A stretch of DNA of 61,197 nucleotides. It comes from Clostridia bacterium. Lineage in GTDB: Bacteria; Bacillota; Clostridia; JAQVDB01. The DNA is taken from positions 1 to 61,197 of the forward strand of contig JAQVDB010000001.1 of assembly GCA_028698525.1 (NCBI GenBank). The letters are read 5' to 3'. The position numbers were made by a program, and so were the translations under genes. The notes beneath the pieces were generated by a model, which saw only the letters and a list, made by a program, of their open reading frames with translations, had not been told where the DNA came from and made no database searches. Shown one piece after another: positions 18,452 to 29,152 of the stretch; position 1 is the first letter of the stretch; each line of letters starts with the position of its first letter.

Positions 18452-18736
18452 TCAAATAAATCCGTTCTTTTTAGAACTATCTTGCATATTATTTAAATAT
18501 CTTTCATCTACTTCAACAAGAATCACATCTTCCCCTATTTGTTTAATATTTTCCCAAGGTATCACATAATCGTTATCCCTTCCGAACAATCCTTTAATTT
18601 TGTTTGGTCCAGGAACTACAATGGACTTGATCGTCCCTTTTGCAAGGTCAAACTCTATATCACTTATATATCCAAGTCTTCTGCCAGTTTTAATACTGAT
18701 CACTTCTTTTTGGCGTATATCAGAGTTTTTTACCAT
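18452..18736 (-). CDS. YlmC/YmxH family sporulation protein (PRC-barrel)
   Basis: 94 aa, KEVISIKTGRRLGYISDIEFDLAKGTIKSIVVPG. Sits just downstream of sigG, as in many Clostridia. Confidence 0.8.
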   Translation of the reverse strand: MVKNSDIRQKEVISIKTGRRLGYISDIEFDLAKGTIKSIVVPGPNKIKGLFGRDNDYVIPWENIKQIGEDVILVEVDERYLNNMQDSSKKNGFI

Positions 18737-18815
18737 TAAACATCACCCTATATATTTTATTTACTCTATGTATATGTTTTATAAACAGGGTTAATGACTA
18801 ATCTCGATATAAAGA

Positions 18816-18850
18816 GAGGATGACAGACTTTTGTGCAGCCTGTCATCCTC
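18816..18850 (-). terminator. possible terminator after sigG
   Basis: 11-bp stem GAGGATGACAG/CTGTCATCCTC followed by the weak U-tract TCTTTAT. Confidence 0.45.
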
Positions 18851-18855
18851 TTATT

Positions 18856-19629
18856 TTATACATATTTTCTCATATGCTTTAATGCGGTTTTTTCTAATCT
18901 AGAGACCTGAGCCTGAGATATTCCTATTTCTTCGGCTACTTCCATCTGTGTCCTTCCCTCGAAAAATCTCAATGTGAGTATCAATTTCTCCCTGTCATTT
19001 AATTTTCTCATGGCCTCCCGTATAGCTATACCTTCCAACCAGTTCTCATCTTGATTCTTTTCGTCGCTTACCTGGTCCATGACATAGATTGCATCCCCAC
19101 CATCATGATATATAGGCTCAAACAACGATATAGGGTCCTGTATAGCATCAAGAGCAAAAATTACTTCTTCCCTAGGGATCTTTAACTCTTCTGCAATCTT
19201 TGTAATGGTAGGCTCTTTAGATTCCTTATTTATCAATTGGTCACGGACCTGCAGAGCTTTATATGCAATATCCCTCAACGATCGGCTTACGCGAATGGAA
19301 TTATTATCTCTTAAATATCTTCTGATTTCTCCTATTATCATCGGAACAGCATATGTGGAAAATTTAACATTTTGAGATAAATCAAAATTATCTATCGCTT
19401 TTATCAGTCCTATACAACCAACCTGGAACAAGTCATCCACATATTCTCCTCTATTGTTAAATCTCTGAATCACACTCAATACCAGCCTTAAATTTCCTCG
19501 GATAAACTCTTCTCTTGCACTCTTATCTCCGTTGTGCATTCTTTTAAACAATGCTTTCATTTCTTCATTTGTAAGAACAGGAAGTTTAGAAGTGTTTACC
19601 CCACAAATCTCTACTTTGTTTATCAGCAT
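18856..19629 (-). CDS. sigG: RNA polymerase sporulation sigma factor SigG
   Basis: Sigma-70 regions 2-4 (DLFQVGCIGLIKAIDNFD, YAVPMIIGEIRRYLRD, QMEVAEEIGISQAQVSRLEK). Sits after sigE. No pro-sequence. Confidence 0.9.
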   Translation of the reverse strand: MLINKVEICGVNTSKLPVLTNEEMKALFKRMHNGDKSAREEFIRGNLRLVLSVIQRFNNRGEYVDDLFQVGCIGLIKAIDNFDLSQNVKFSTYAVPMIIGEIRRYLRDNNSIRVSRSLRDIAYKALQVRDQLINKESKEPTITKIAEELKIPREEVIFALDAIQDPISLFEPIYHDGGDAIYVMDQVSDEKNQDENWLEGIAIREAMRKLNDREKLILTLRFFEGRTQMEVAEEIGISQAQVSRLEKTALKHMRKYV

Positions 19630-19670
19630 TATATCCCTCCGTCCCTTTACGCTATATCACCTTCATATTT

Positions 19671-19699
19671 CATTATGTCCAAAAAAGGGATTTTTATTC
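19671..19699 (-). promoter_or_regulatory. putative forespore (sigma-F/G type) promoter of sigG
   Basis: Reverse strand GAATA-17 nt-CATAATG, compared with the consensus GHATR-N17/18-CATXHTA, about 40 nt upstream of the start codon. Confidence 0.35.
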
Positions 19700-19729
19700 C
19701 TAGAATGCTGACAAGCAAAGTTTGTAAAA

Positions 19730-20458
19730 TCAAATCATTCTGCTTATTTCTTTTTTTAGCCTCTTGATAATTCTCTTTTCAAGTCTGGAAATATAAGATT
19801 GAGATATTCCTAATATATCTGCCACTTCTTTTTGAGTTTTTTCCTTCTGTCCCCTGAGACCAAACCTTAATTCCATTATCTTTTTCTCTCTGTTGGTCAA
19901 TTTTTGCATAGCTATCCCCAGAAGTTCCCTATCCACTTCATCTTCAATAAATTGATAAACTTGATCATTTTCTGTTCCTAGTATATCTGAAAGCAGAAGT
20001 TCATTGCCATCCCAGTCTATGTTTAACGGTTCATCAAAGGATATTTCAGATTTTATCTTGTAATTACGTCGTAAATACATCAATATTTCATTTTCAATAC
20101 ACCTTGATGCATATGTTGCAAGCTTTATCTTTTTGTTGGGATCAAAGGTATTTACAGCTTTTATAAGACCTATAGTACCTATAGAAATCAGGTCCTCTAT
20201 CCCTATGCCAGTATTCTCGAACTTCCTTGCTATGTATACAACTAACCTCAAATTCCTTTCAATTAAAACTCGTTTTACTCCTTTGTCTCCTCCATCTAGT
20301 TTATTGATCAAGAATATTTCCTCGTCATTGCTCAAAGGAGGAGGAAGTGCCTCACTACCACTTATATAAAAAATCAGATTTATTTTTTTTATTAATTTTA
20401 TCAACACATAATTATATAATAGCTTGGCTTTAACATAAAATTTTGTCAATATGCTCAC
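19730..20458 (-). CDS. sigE: RNA polymerase sporulation sigma factor SigE (pro-sigma-E)
   Basis: N-terminal pro-sequence ending [13 protein letters not shown], then sigma-70 regions. Directly follows spoIIGA. The start codon is uncertain: GTG at 20458 or TTG at 20449. Confidence 0.9.
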   Translation of the reverse strand: MSILTKFYVKAKLLYNYVLIKLIKKINLIFYISGSEALPPPLSNDEEIFLINKLDGGDKGVKRVLIERNLRLVVYIARKFENTGIGIEDLISIGTIGLIKAVNTFDPNKKIKLATYASRCIENEILMYLRRNYKIKSEISFDEPLNIDWDGNELLLSDILGTENDQVYQFIEDEVDRELLGIAMQKLTNREKKIMELRFGLRGQKEKTQKEVADILGISQSYISRLEKRIIKRLKKEISRMI

Positions 20459-20469
20459 CCCCCTAAATG

Positions 20470-21366
20470 CTAATCCAATATTTCAGGATGCAGTAAACCA
20501 CTATAACTGTAATCACTGCTGAGTTTACCATTATAGATTGCAATAATAATATCTTTTATGTCCTTTTTTTTGTCTTTATACATCATTCTTACTTTGTCCG
20601 GTTTAAAACCAATCAACATAGCATTTTTACTGCCTAAAGAACTGAAAGGAATCATTCTAAACCTCCATACCCACTGAGAGTTAGCTATAATATCAGTAAC
20701 TTTCTCCAAATCATCCTGATTGTTATCCTCGTAAATAAGTTGGATATCCTGAGGTATCAAATCCCTCATTTTTTCAAATTCAACTACTATAACGGGCAGA
20801 TCGGATAAAGGATCGCTCAGAGAATTTCCTGTATCCAATAGCGCAACAAGGGCTACTTGTTTTTGATCGAAATATATAATAATATCCATCAAAAAATTGC
20901 CTTTTAAACGCTTTTTCTTTATGTGAATCCAAGAATATTTGACTATCAGCCATGCAAAGATAGATGAAACCATAAGCAGTTTAAAAGGAAAGCTATGTAT
21001 ATAGAATATCCCGTTTTTTAAAACTATACCCACATTAGTAAAATAAAATAGACCAAAGGCAGCTCCTCCAAATACAAATGTCATGAGGTAAAAAACGCCT
21101 AAAACTTTAAAATATTCACTTAAATTATGTGTGGAAAATGCTATTAAAACCATTAAAAGTGAAAGGATAAATTTAGTTGGGGCATTCATTAATAATTCAA
21201 AATTTGGATATAGAGCAAATATCGCATAAACTCCACCCAAAGCTGATGCAGCAATCAATCTTATGTCTGATGTTCTGATTTTCATAAGTTTTTTTACAGA
21301 CCATAATATTATATAATTCATTATGATATTTTGGATGAAAAGCACGTCTAAATAAACTTTATGCAC
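20470..21366 (-). CDS. spoIIGA: sigma-E processing peptidase SpoIIGA
   Basis: Five N-terminal TM helices plus an aspartic protease domain with [14 protein letters not shown] start. Confidence 0.9.
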   Translation of the reverse strand: MHKVYLDVLFIQNIIMNYIILWSVKKLMKIRTSDIRLIAASALGGVYAIFALYPNFELLMNAPTKFILSLLMVLIAFSTHNLSEYFKVLGVFYLMTFVFGGAAFGLFYFTNVGIVLKNGIFYIHSFPFKLLMVSSIFAWLIVKYSWIHIKKKRLKGNFLMDIIIYFDQKQVALVALLDTGNSLSDPLSDLPVIVVEFEKMRDLIPQDIQLIYEDNNQDDLEKVTDIIANSQWVWRFRMIPFSSLGSKNAMLIGFKPDKVRMMYKDKKKDIKDIIIAIYNGKLSSDYSYSGLLHPEILD

Positions 21367-21406
21367 ATAAAATAACCTTCTTCCGCTAACAGATTTTATA
21401 ATATCA

Positions 21407-21439
21407 ATTATACAATATGCCTATACAAAAAAATGTCAA
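21407..21439 (-). promoter_or_regulatory. spoIIG-type promoter: TTGACA and TATAAT separated by 21 bp
   Basis: Reverse strand: TTGACA (21434-21439), 21-nt spacer, TATAAT (21407-21412), about 40 nt upstream of spoIIGA. Confidence 0.5.
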
Positions 21440-21457
21440 ACCTTGTTTCAGGTAACA

Positions 21458-21492
21458 CAAAATAAAACGACAAAAGAAATTTCTTTTGTCGT
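21458..21492 (-). terminator. terminator after ftsZ
   Basis: Palindrome ACGACAAAAGAAA/TTTCTTTTGTCGT immediately after the ftsZ stop, followed on the minus strand by TTTATTTT. Confidence 0.65.
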
Positions 21493-21493
21493 T

Positions 21494-22555
21494 TTATCTG
21501 TTTCTATTCTTTCTTAAAAACGTTGGAATATCTAAGTCATCCAAATCGTTTATAGCTTTCTTGACTGCCCTGTCCACCCTTTCATTATCATGGGAAACAG
21601 TGTCCTGGTCGAAGCCGGTTGCAATAACAGTAATCCTTATTTCATCTTTTAGCTGTTCGTCAATCACAGCACCAAATATAATATTAGCATCATTATCAGC
21701 GGCTTCTGCAACAAGTTCAGCAGCCTCATTCACTTCAAATAAACCTAAATTATCACCACCAGTAATATTCAAAAGAACCCCTTTAGCACCTTGGATGGAA
21801 GTCTCCAGCAGCGGGCTCTGTATCGCTAGTTTTGCAGCATCCATAGCCCTATTTTCTCCACTTGCCTTACCAATCCCCATATGGGCAAGACCCGTCTCTT
21901 TCATTATAGTCTTAACATCTGCAAAATCCAGGTTAACCAATCCGGGAACTGCTATAAGGTCTGATATGCCTTGCACACCCTGTCTTAAAACATCATCTGC
22001 TATTTTGAAAGCATCTATTATAGAGGTTTTTTTCTCAGCAACTTGAAGCAACCTATCGTTTGGAATGGTTACCAGTGTATCTACTTTTTCTTTTAATTCA
22101 GTAATACCTTTTTCAGCATGAACCATTCTCTTTCTTCCCTCGAATGTAAAAGGTTTTGTTACAACACCCACAGTCAAAGCACCTATCTCTTTAGCAAGTT
22201 CAGCTACTATAGGAGCAGCCCCTGTCCCTGTTCCACCGCCCATCCCAGCAGTTATAAAAACCATATCTGCACCATCCAATGCCTGGTGTATTTCTTCTCT
22301 GCTTTCTTCAGCAGCCTTTTGCCCTATATCCGGATTTGCACCTGCTCCCAACCCTTTTGTTATCTTATCTCCAATCTGTATTTTCTGATTTGCCTTTGAT
22401 AAAAACAATGCCTGTTTATCGGTATTTATTGCAATAAATTCTACTCCATGGAGCGCGGATTCTATCATACGATTTACTGCATTGCTTCCACCGCCACCCA
22501 CACCTACTACCTTTATTTGCGCAAATTGTTCAACATCAACATCAAAGTCAATCAC
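21494..22555 (-). CDS. ftsZ: cell division protein FtsZ
   Basis: [10 protein letters not shown] tubulin signature and NTDKQAL; 353 aa. Confidence 0.97.
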   Translation of the reverse strand: MIDFDVDVEQFAQIKVVGVGGGGSNAVNRMIESALHGVEFIAINTDKQALFLSKANQKIQIGDKITKGLGAGANPDIGQKAAEESREEIHQALDGADMVFITAGMGGGTGTGAAPIVAELAKEIGALTVGVVTKPFTFEGRKRMVHAEKGITELKEKVDTLVTIPNDRLLQVAEKKTSIIDAFKIADDVLRQGVQGISDLIAVPGLVNLDFADVKTIMKETGLAHMGIGKASGENRAMDAAKLAIQSPLLETSIQGAKGVLLNITGGDNLGLFEVNEAAELVAEAADNDANIIFGAVIDEQLKDEIRITVIATGFDQDTVSHDNERVDRAVKKAINDLDDLDIPTFLRKNRNR

Positions 22556-22584
22556 ACTAAGACCTCCTTTTCATGAGCGTTTGT

Positions 22585-23838
22585 TTAATCAAAAAAATCA
22601 CTAAAAAATTCCTTGAATTTTTCTTTTATAACAGCTATAAAGCCTTCTTTTTCTCTTTTTTTATCCTGTTTACCCATCCTTTCATCATTTGTTGTCCTCA
22701 TTCTATTATATCGGTTAAAAGAATAAAAAACATTACCAACAGCACAAGAATATATAGGGCTAGAGATACCTATAATGTCTGGTGCCGCAACTCTGACAGG
22801 CATCCCCATCACCTGCATTCCAGTATCTCTAATGCCTTCTATAAAGGAAAGACCACCACCAGTCAACACTACGCCTGCAGATATCTTTTGTAAATAACCG
22901 GATTTATCTATCTCGTTATATACAAGGGCAAATATCTCTTGGATTCTAGCTTCTATTATTTCTATAAATAGCTCTATGCTGACCTTTATTTCCCTTTTTG
23001 TATCTATCTCAACTATATTTATACTCTGATCCTTTTCTTGAACAGCCAAAGTATTTGAATAAGCATATTTCATTTTAAAGCTTTCCGCATCCTTGTAAGG
23101 TATTTTAAGGCCTACAGATAGATCGTTGGTTATATGGTTGCCCCCTACAGGAAGCAAAGAAGAATATAGCATCCTGCCTTTATAGAATACAGATATATCG
23201 GTACAATCTCCCCCAACATCCACCAATACGGTACCTAGCTCCATTTCATCTTGAGTAAGCAATACACTGGCAGTAGCATACGGTGCAACTATTATCTCTT
23301 CTATACCAAAACCTGCATGCTCAACACTTTTAAGTAAATTCTGGATATATGTATTCTTGCTCAATACTATATCTGCTTCCATCTCCAGCCTTACACCGGA
23401 CATACCGGTAGGATCTTTTATACCGTCATATCCATCCACTATGTACTGAACAGGCAGAACATCTATTATATCCACATCTGCAGGCAAAGAAATTAATTTG
23501 GTAGATTCTAATACCCTTTTAATGTCATCTTCCCCGATTTCTTTGTTCTCACCAGATACTGCTATGATACCTCTGTTTTTAGCGACATAAACATGGCCAC
23601 CAGCAATGCTTACATACAAGGAATCTATTTCAACATTTGCCATCCTCTGGGCTTGGTTTGCTGCATCTACTATAGCGGCTGCAGTTTCGTCTATATCGAC
23701 AACCACACCTTTTTTGACACCAGAACATGGGCTATTTCCAACACCTATTACCTGGAGGCTATTATCTTTATTCATTTCACCTATCAATACTACCACTTTT
23801 GAAGTGCCTATATCTAATCCGGCAATTAGTTTATCCAT
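22585..23838 (-). CDS. ftsA: cell division protein FtsA
   Basis: Actin-fold motifs AGLDIGTSKV, VDVGGDCTDI and a C-terminal amphipathic helix. Start placed at MDKLIAGLDIG (23838); the ORF extends to 23880. Confidence 0.93.
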   Translation of the reverse strand: MDKLIAGLDIGTSKVVVLIGEMNKDNSLQVIGVGNSPCSGVKKGVVVDIDETAAAIVDAANQAQRMANVEIDSLYVSIAGGHVYVAKNRGIIAVSGENKEIGEDDIKRVLESTKLISLPADVDIIDVLPVQYIVDGYDGIKDPTGMSGVRLEMEADIVLSKNTYIQNLLKSVEHAGFGIEEIIVAPYATASVLLTQDEMELGTVLVDVGGDCTDISVFYKGRMLYSSLLPVGGNHITNDLSVGLKIPYKDAESFKMKYAYSNTLAVQEKDQSINIVEIDTKREIKVSIELFIEIIEARIQEIFALVYNEIDKSGYLQKISAGVVLTGGGLSFIEGIRDTGMQVMGMPVRVAAPDIIGISSPIYSCAVGNVFYSFNRYNRMRTTNDERMGKQDKKREKEGFIAVIKEKFKEFFSDFFD

Positions 23839-24005
23839 TACTAGACGTAGTCCCCCTTTAGCTATAAAGCATTTAATCATACATCATTTCCCAACCGCTT
23901 ATCTGCTCGCTATTAATTGATTTTTAATAAACATACACTAATGTTGATATTAATAATAAAATTCTATATATATGTTGGATATCCTTTTTTATAAAACCAA
24001 TATTA

Positions 24006-24353
24006 TTATTTTTTTATTGAATCCAGGAAATGCCTGCGTATCTTTCCAAAATTTTGGAACAACCTACCCCCAAATACAAATACAGCAGCTAAATATATAG
24101 GCACTCCCAATCTATCTCCGATATAGGTAAGCCCTGCTGCAAGAAACGCATTTCCAAAAAATCCGGTTATAAAGACATCAGTCTTAAAATTTCGCTCAAG
24201 ATTAGCTCTTATTCCACCAAAAACAGAGTCAAGAGCAGCAAGTATAGCTATAGAAATATAAGACGAATATATTGTAGGTATATCTATGGGAATATATAAG
24301 CCAATCAAAATACCTATAATAATTCCTATCAAGGGAAGCAACAAATCATTCAC
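24006..24353 (-). CDS. sbp: small basic protein Sbp (DUF1290)
   Basis: 115-aa membrane protein between the DUF881 genes and ftsA, the same position as B. subtilis sbp. Confidence 0.75.
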   Translation of the reverse strand: MNDLLLPLIGIIIGILIGLYIPIDIPTIYSSYISIAILAALDSVFGGIRANLERNFKTDVFITGFFGNAFLAAGLTYIGDRLGVPIYLAAVFVFGGRLFQNFGKIRRHFLDSIKK

Positions 24354-25098
24354 CCTCTTCCATTACTGGTTTTGCATATTTGAAATTAAAATCCCTATCA
24401 AATTTATCTATACGCATATTATCTACCCGTTTCAAGTTTATTTTAAGCCCATAAAATATAAATGCGTCATACAAACCACTTTCTTGTTTCAGCCTTTTTT
24501 CCATTCTTTCAACATCACCTATAGCTCTGATCACATATGGTGGAGCAAATCTATAGTTATTTACAATAATAATAGGCCCTCCACATCTTATTTTGGTATT
24601 ATAAATCACCCTTTGGCCGTTTATAGAAACTGCCTCTGCACCTGCAGATTTAAGCTCATTTATAATATTTATAAGATCACTATCATGGACTATCAAATTG
24701 GAAGCATTTTCCCCAGGAAACAACTCTCTCTCTGCATCGCTCAATATCAACTCTATACCCGGTCCTTCAACATCTGCAAGGCCAGCAACTATTTTTGCTT
24801 GTTGTAATTCTTTATGGATAGCTTCTGTTCCTTTATTGACTTTAGATGCCTTAAGCTGTAAGTTATCTATTTGTGTTTGATAATCCTTTATTTGATTTAA
24901 ATATTTCTCATTCTCTGCCTTAAGAGAATTTATTTCTCCTAAAATCTCTTGGGTTCTTTCTACAGTGATCATATCACTCCTGCTGGTAGTTATATTCATA
25001 TCAGTTATATTTAGGGATATCAACATCCCCAAAATAACACAAATTATGGTGAGAAAGGCTGTTTTGCTCTTTTTAATATCGGTTTTATCATACATCAT
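24346..25098 (-). CDS. DUF881 domain protein (YlxW/YlxX-like)
   Basis: N-terminal TM, coiled coil, then VEGPGIELIL...DLINIINELKSAGAEAVSINGQRV, typical of DUF881. Confidence 0.8.
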   Translation of the reverse strand: MMYDKTDIKKSKTAFLTIICVILGMLISLNITDMNITTSRSDMITVERTQEILGEINSLKAENEKYLNQIKDYQTQIDNLQLKASKVNKGTEAIHKELQQAKIVAGLADVEGPGIELILSDAERELFPGENASNLIVHDSDLINIINELKSAGAEAVSINGQRVIYNTKIRCGGPIIIVNNYRFAPPYVIRAIGDVERMEKRLKQESGLYDAFIFYGLKINLKRVDNMRIDKFDRDFNFKYAKPVMEEGE

Positions 25099-25850
25099 CC
25101 TTCATCCTCTGTAGCAGGCTGTACGTATTTGTATTCAATGTTTCCTGTATATTCTTCAATTATTAGATTGTCCACCTTTTTTATGGATATATCTATCCAT
25201 GAGCTTAAAAAATCCACTACTCCGCCTTTCATGATCAATGCCTTTTCTAAATCCTGTGGACTCCCTATAGCCTTTATTTCAAAAGGCTTTGAATAAGATC
25301 TTGCATTTATATTTATATAAGCGCCTGCCTCCCTTATTTCGGTATTGGCTACCACTCTTTCTCCATTGACAGATATAGCCTCAGCACCTGCTGCATTCAG
25401 CTCATTCACCACTTTTAATATGTCTTCATGGGATATTATGTTAGGCATATATTCTATTTCTCCATCCTCCTCAAAGGATAATTTACTATCCTTATCATCC
25501 AATGCAACAATAATTCCTGGACCTTCTACCTTGACCAACCCCGCTAGCATCTTCGTCATCTTCAGGTCCTTGTGCAATACTTCAGCAGCTTTATCAGTAT
25601 CGCTTAAAGCCATATTAAAATCTTCCATTTTTTCCTTGAAGTTTTCTACCTGCTCTTTCAATGCTCTATTTTCATCATTCATTTTTTGAAGTTGTTCAGA
25701 TAATTGCTGTATTTTTTGTACCGAAACATTTCCCCCAACCATTTGCACACTTTTAAACTGAACAGCTAGCATTAACCCTAAAATAATACAAATAAACATT
25801 ATTGAAATTTGCCCAAGCCTATCTTTTTTCATCTTATAACTCCTATTCAT
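25095..25850 (-). CDS. DUF881 domain protein (YlxW/YlxX-like)
   Basis: Paralog of the previous gene (VEGPGIIVAL...DILKVVNELNAAGAEAISVNGERV). Confidence 0.8.
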   Translation of the reverse strand: MNRSYKMKKDRLGQISIMFICIILGLMLAVQFKSVQMVGGNVSVQKIQQLSEQLQKMNDENRALKEQVENFKEKMEDFNMALSDTDKAAEVLHKDLKMTKMLAGLVKVEGPGIIVALDDKDSKLSFEEDGEIEYMPNIISHEDILKVVNELNAAGAEAISVNGERVVANTEIREAGAYININARSYSKPFEIKAIGSPQDLEKALIMKGGVVDFLSSWIDISIKKVDNLIIEEYTGNIEYKYVQPATEDEG

Positions 25851-26613
25851 TTTTAGGTTTTAGCACTGCTTGTCCACAAACACTTATATCTAAAACATAT
25901 TCAGAATTGTCTTTCCTTAAATTCATATCCTCAAGTGCCGACATAAGCATAGAAAATTTACAAAAAAGATCATTGTCATCACCAACCAGTACTTCAGTGC
26001 CATCAACTGTAAATATAACAATGTTTCTCATATCAGATACATTGACTTCAGATATATAACTGCTCACATCAGCCTTTTCAAGTGATGACATTATATCAGT
26101 CAAAAGCGCTATTTTTTCACGCTGCTCAAAATCAACTTTTTCACCTATTGTAAAGCTGGAAATATTGATCCCTGTCATTATAGGTATGTCTATATTCTCT
26201 ACAAACTCCTCTATCTTCAGAACTCTAGCTTCATCATCTAAAAAAACGTATGAGCCTAGGTATGGTATTATACACTTTTCTTGTCTTTCTTTTATATTTA
26301 TTATAAGCTTATCAGGCAGTTTCCTTTTTATACTTTGCACCGATATATAAGGGTTAGTTTCCAACCTTTCTTTTATAACTTTTTTGTTTACTTTTAAAAT
26401 ATTATCATTAAAACCAACACCTGATAGTTTAATAATTTCATTATATACTATTTTTTGATTACCTGATACGCTTATTTCTTTAATAGAAAAAAATCCGGTA
26501 TTAAATGTGAGAACAAGTAAAATGAGCATTAAAATCACTATTATTGCTATTGAAAAAAAATGCCTTGCTCTTACATGTTTGGAATGCATGGTCTTTTTTC
26601 TAGTATTTTTCAT
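25843..26613 (-). CDS. divIB: cell division protein DivIB/FtsQ
   Basis: Basic N-terminus, single TM, POTRA (IKEISVSGNQKIVYNEIIKLSG) and FtsQ-type domain; canonical dcw position. Confidence 0.85.
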   Translation of the reverse strand: MKNTRKKTMHSKHVRARHFFSIAIIVILMLILLVLTFNTGFFSIKEISVSGNQKIVYNEIIKLSGVGFNDNILKVNKKVIKERLETNPYISVQSIKRKLPDKLIINIKERQEKCIIPYLGSYVFLDDEARVLKIEEFVENIDIPIMTGINISSFTIGEKVDFEQREKIALLTDIMSSLEKADVSSYISEVNVSDMRNIVIFTVDGTEVLVGDDNDLFCKFSMLMSALEDMNLRKDNSEYVLDISVCGQAVLKPKNE

Positions 26614-26688
26614 GTTTATGTACCAACTCCAATTTCACTAAGTGTAAGGTTGGTGCTTTTATCCGGTATTTTAATCTCGATTCGTAAC

Positions 26689-27951
26689 TTATCCAATCTT
26701 CGATATATCTGCACCCAATTCAATCAACTGTTCATCCAAATCCTGGTATCCCCTCTCTATATATTCTATATTCTGAACAATAGTTGTGCCTCTAGCTGCT
26801 AGACCTGCTAATACCATAGCAGCGCCTCCTCGCAGATCTCTAGCGCAAACCTTTGTTCCTTGGAGAGAATCAACCCCATTGATAATGGCAGTTCTGCCAT
26901 CTATGGTTATATCCGCACCCATCCTAGCTAACTCTTGAACGTGCTTAAACCTGTTTTCAAAAACTGTCTCTGTCACCACACTTGTTCCATCGGCAATGCT
27001 TAAAAGAGATACCATTTGAGCCTGCATATCTGTAGGAAATCCTGGATAAGGCAATGTTAAGATCCTGTCAGTTGCTTTTACAGTCTCATTCCCCTGAACT
27101 ACTATCCAGTCTTTGTAAACATCTATATTGCATCCACATTCCATCAGCTTTGCTATTACAGGCTGTATATGCTCATTTATCACATTTTTAACGGTAATCT
27201 TCCCCTTAGTTATAGCTGCCGCAACCATAATAGTTCCTGCAACTATCCTATCAGGAATTATGGTATGTTCTACAGGATGTAATTTTGTCACACCTGTCAC
27301 AACAATAGTATTCGTGCCTGCTCCTTTTATATCTGCACCCATAGAATTAAGGAAGTTCTGTAAATCCATTATCTCGGGCTCTTTCGCAGCATTTCTTATT
27401 ACGGTTTCCCCTTTTATCGCCACCGAAGCAAGCATTATATTCTCTGTAGCTCCCACACTAGGATAGTCAAGATGTATGTCACATCCACAAGGATTTTTTG
27501 CTTCTCCATACACAGTACCTTGCAGATCATCGATGGAATATCCCATCTTTCTTAGAGATTTTATATGCAAATCAATAGGCCTAGGCCCAATTTCACATCC
27601 CCCTGGATACCCGGTAATCTTTACCTTTCCGATTGTAGCCAACATGGGACCGAGCAAAACAATGGAAGATCTTATCTTTCTTACTAATTCATTGGGCAGT
27701 TCGTGTTCGCTTATGCCCGAAGAATCTATAATCAATACATCGTCATCCCATTTTACTTTTGCACCAATCCTCTTTATGATTTCTACCATATAGCAGACAT
27801 CGGAAAGCCGTGGAACATTACGGATCACACTCTCTGACCTGTTCAGTATGGACCCTGCTATTATAGGTAATATAGAATTTTTTGAACCATATATGCTAGT
27901 TTCACCTTGCAGCCTGTTTCCACCCTCAATCATCAACTGTCCCATGCACAT
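26689..27951 (-). CDS. murA: UDP-N-acetylglucosamine 1-carboxyvinyltransferase MurA
   Basis: LMIEGGNRLQGETSIYGSKNS start and active-site loop GYPGGCEIGPRPIDLH (Cys retained). The start is ATG 27951 or 27945 (RBS GGAGGTG). Confidence 0.93.
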   Translation of the reverse strand: MCMGQLMIEGGNRLQGETSIYGSKNSILPIIAGSILNRSESVIRNVPRLSDVCYMVEIIKRIGAKVKWDDDVLIIDSSGISEHELPNELVRKIRSSIVLLGPMLATIGKVKITGYPGGCEIGPRPIDLHIKSLRKMGYSIDDLQGTVYGEAKNPCGCDIHLDYPSVGATENIMLASVAIKGETVIRNAAKEPEIMDLQNFLNSMGADIKGAGTNTIVVTGVTKLHPVEHTIIPDRIVAGTIMVAAAITKGKITVKNVINEHIQPVIAKLMECGCNIDVYKDWIVVQGNETVKATDRILTLPYPGFPTDMQAQMVSLLSIADGTSVVTETVFENRFKHVQELARMGADITIDGRTAIINGVDSLQGTKVCARDLRGGAAMVLAGLAARGTTIVQNIEYIERGYQDLDEQLIELGADISKIG

Positions 27952-28035
27952 GTTCACCTCCAAGGATGCATAAATATTTTATTATATATTATACTATGCA
28001 TCAGCACTGAAGGTGTTACTTAGAATGAACATCAG

Positions 28036-29148
28036 TTACAGAGTTATCTCTTTTATTATATTATAAATTTTTTCATCAGCATCTGTACAAGCTAATTTTT
28101 GACTGTTAAATCTCATAAATTTAAGCTTTTTATCATTATTTATCATTTGGAAAACTTTAGATTCCAAATCTATATTTTTTAAATCCTTTTCCAATATAAC
28201 AATAGAAGCACCTGCTTTTTCCAATGCACGTGCGTTATATTCTTGATGATTATTAGCTACATAGGGCGAAGGTACCAAAACCGACGGAATGCCTAAAGCT
28301 GTCAACTCAGAAAGCATTATCGCCCCTGCACGGGATATAACAATATCAGATGCAGCAAGAGCATTTTCCATCTCATAAATATAAGGAAGCACCCTTATGT
28401 TTTTTGTTTTATCAACGTCTATCTTTTTATCCTTTAACATCCCTAAAACATGCTCATATTGATTCTTCCCTGTGGACATTATTACCTGGTATCGCCTATT
28501 TCGCTTAATATTTTTATCTATTAAATCCACCATAGCTTCATTTAAGGGCCTTGCACCTCTGCTTCCCCCTGCTGACATAATAATAGGCGTATCTTCAGAT
28601 AAGCCAAGGCTAGCCAAGGCTTTTTTTCTATCCGCCTTCAGTATCTCCCCTCTGATAGGATTCCCAGTATATACCAGCTTTGATTTATTCTTAAAATATT
28701 TTTTACTTTCCTCAAAGCTTATGGCAATTTTTTTAACAAATTTAGCTGATAATTTATTGGCAACACCGGGGATAACATTCTGCTCATGGATGATAGCAGG
28801 AATACCCATCAGCCATGAACTAAAAACTACAGGCCCACAGACATATCCACCGGTTCCAATCACAATATCCGGCTTGAATTGCCTCAATATTCTCTTGGAC
28901 TCTGATAACCCCTTAAACGCTTTTTTTACAGTCAACAATGTATCAAAGCTGATCTTTCTTTCAAATCCGCTAACACTTATCAATTCTAACTTATACCCTT
29001 CTCTCGGCACCAAGTCCATTTCTAAACCTTTTCGAGTGCCTATAAAAATAATATCAATATCTTTATCCCTTGATTGGAGATATTTGGCTATGGCGATTCC
29101 CGGATAGATGTGACCGCCTGTACCCCCACCTGCTATAACTACTTTCAA
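28036..29148 (-). CDS. murG: undecaprenyldiphospho-muramoylpentapeptide beta-N-acetylglucosaminyltransferase MurG
   Basis: KVVIAGGGTGGHIYP G-loop. Likely TTG start at 29148 (RBS AGGGG); the ORF extends to 29175. Confidence 0.93.
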   Translation of the reverse strand: MKVVIAGGGTGGHIYPGIAIAKYLQSRDKDIDIIFIGTRKGLEMDLVPREGYKLELISVSGFERKISFDTLLTVKKAFKGLSESKRILRQFKPDIVIGTGGYVCGPVVFSSWLMGIPAIIHEQNVIPGVANKLSAKFVKKIAISFEESKKYFKNKSKLVYTGNPIRGEILKADRKKALASLGLSEDTPIIMSAGGSRGARPLNEAMVDLIDKNIKRNRRYQVIMSTGKNQYEHVLGMLKDKKIDVDKTKNIRVLPYIYEMENALAASDIVISRAGAIMLSELTALGIPSVLVPSPYVANNHQEYNARALEKAGASIVILEKDLKNIDLESKVFQMINNDKKLKFMRFNSQKLACTDADEKIYNIIKEITL

Positions 29149-29152
29149 TGTT

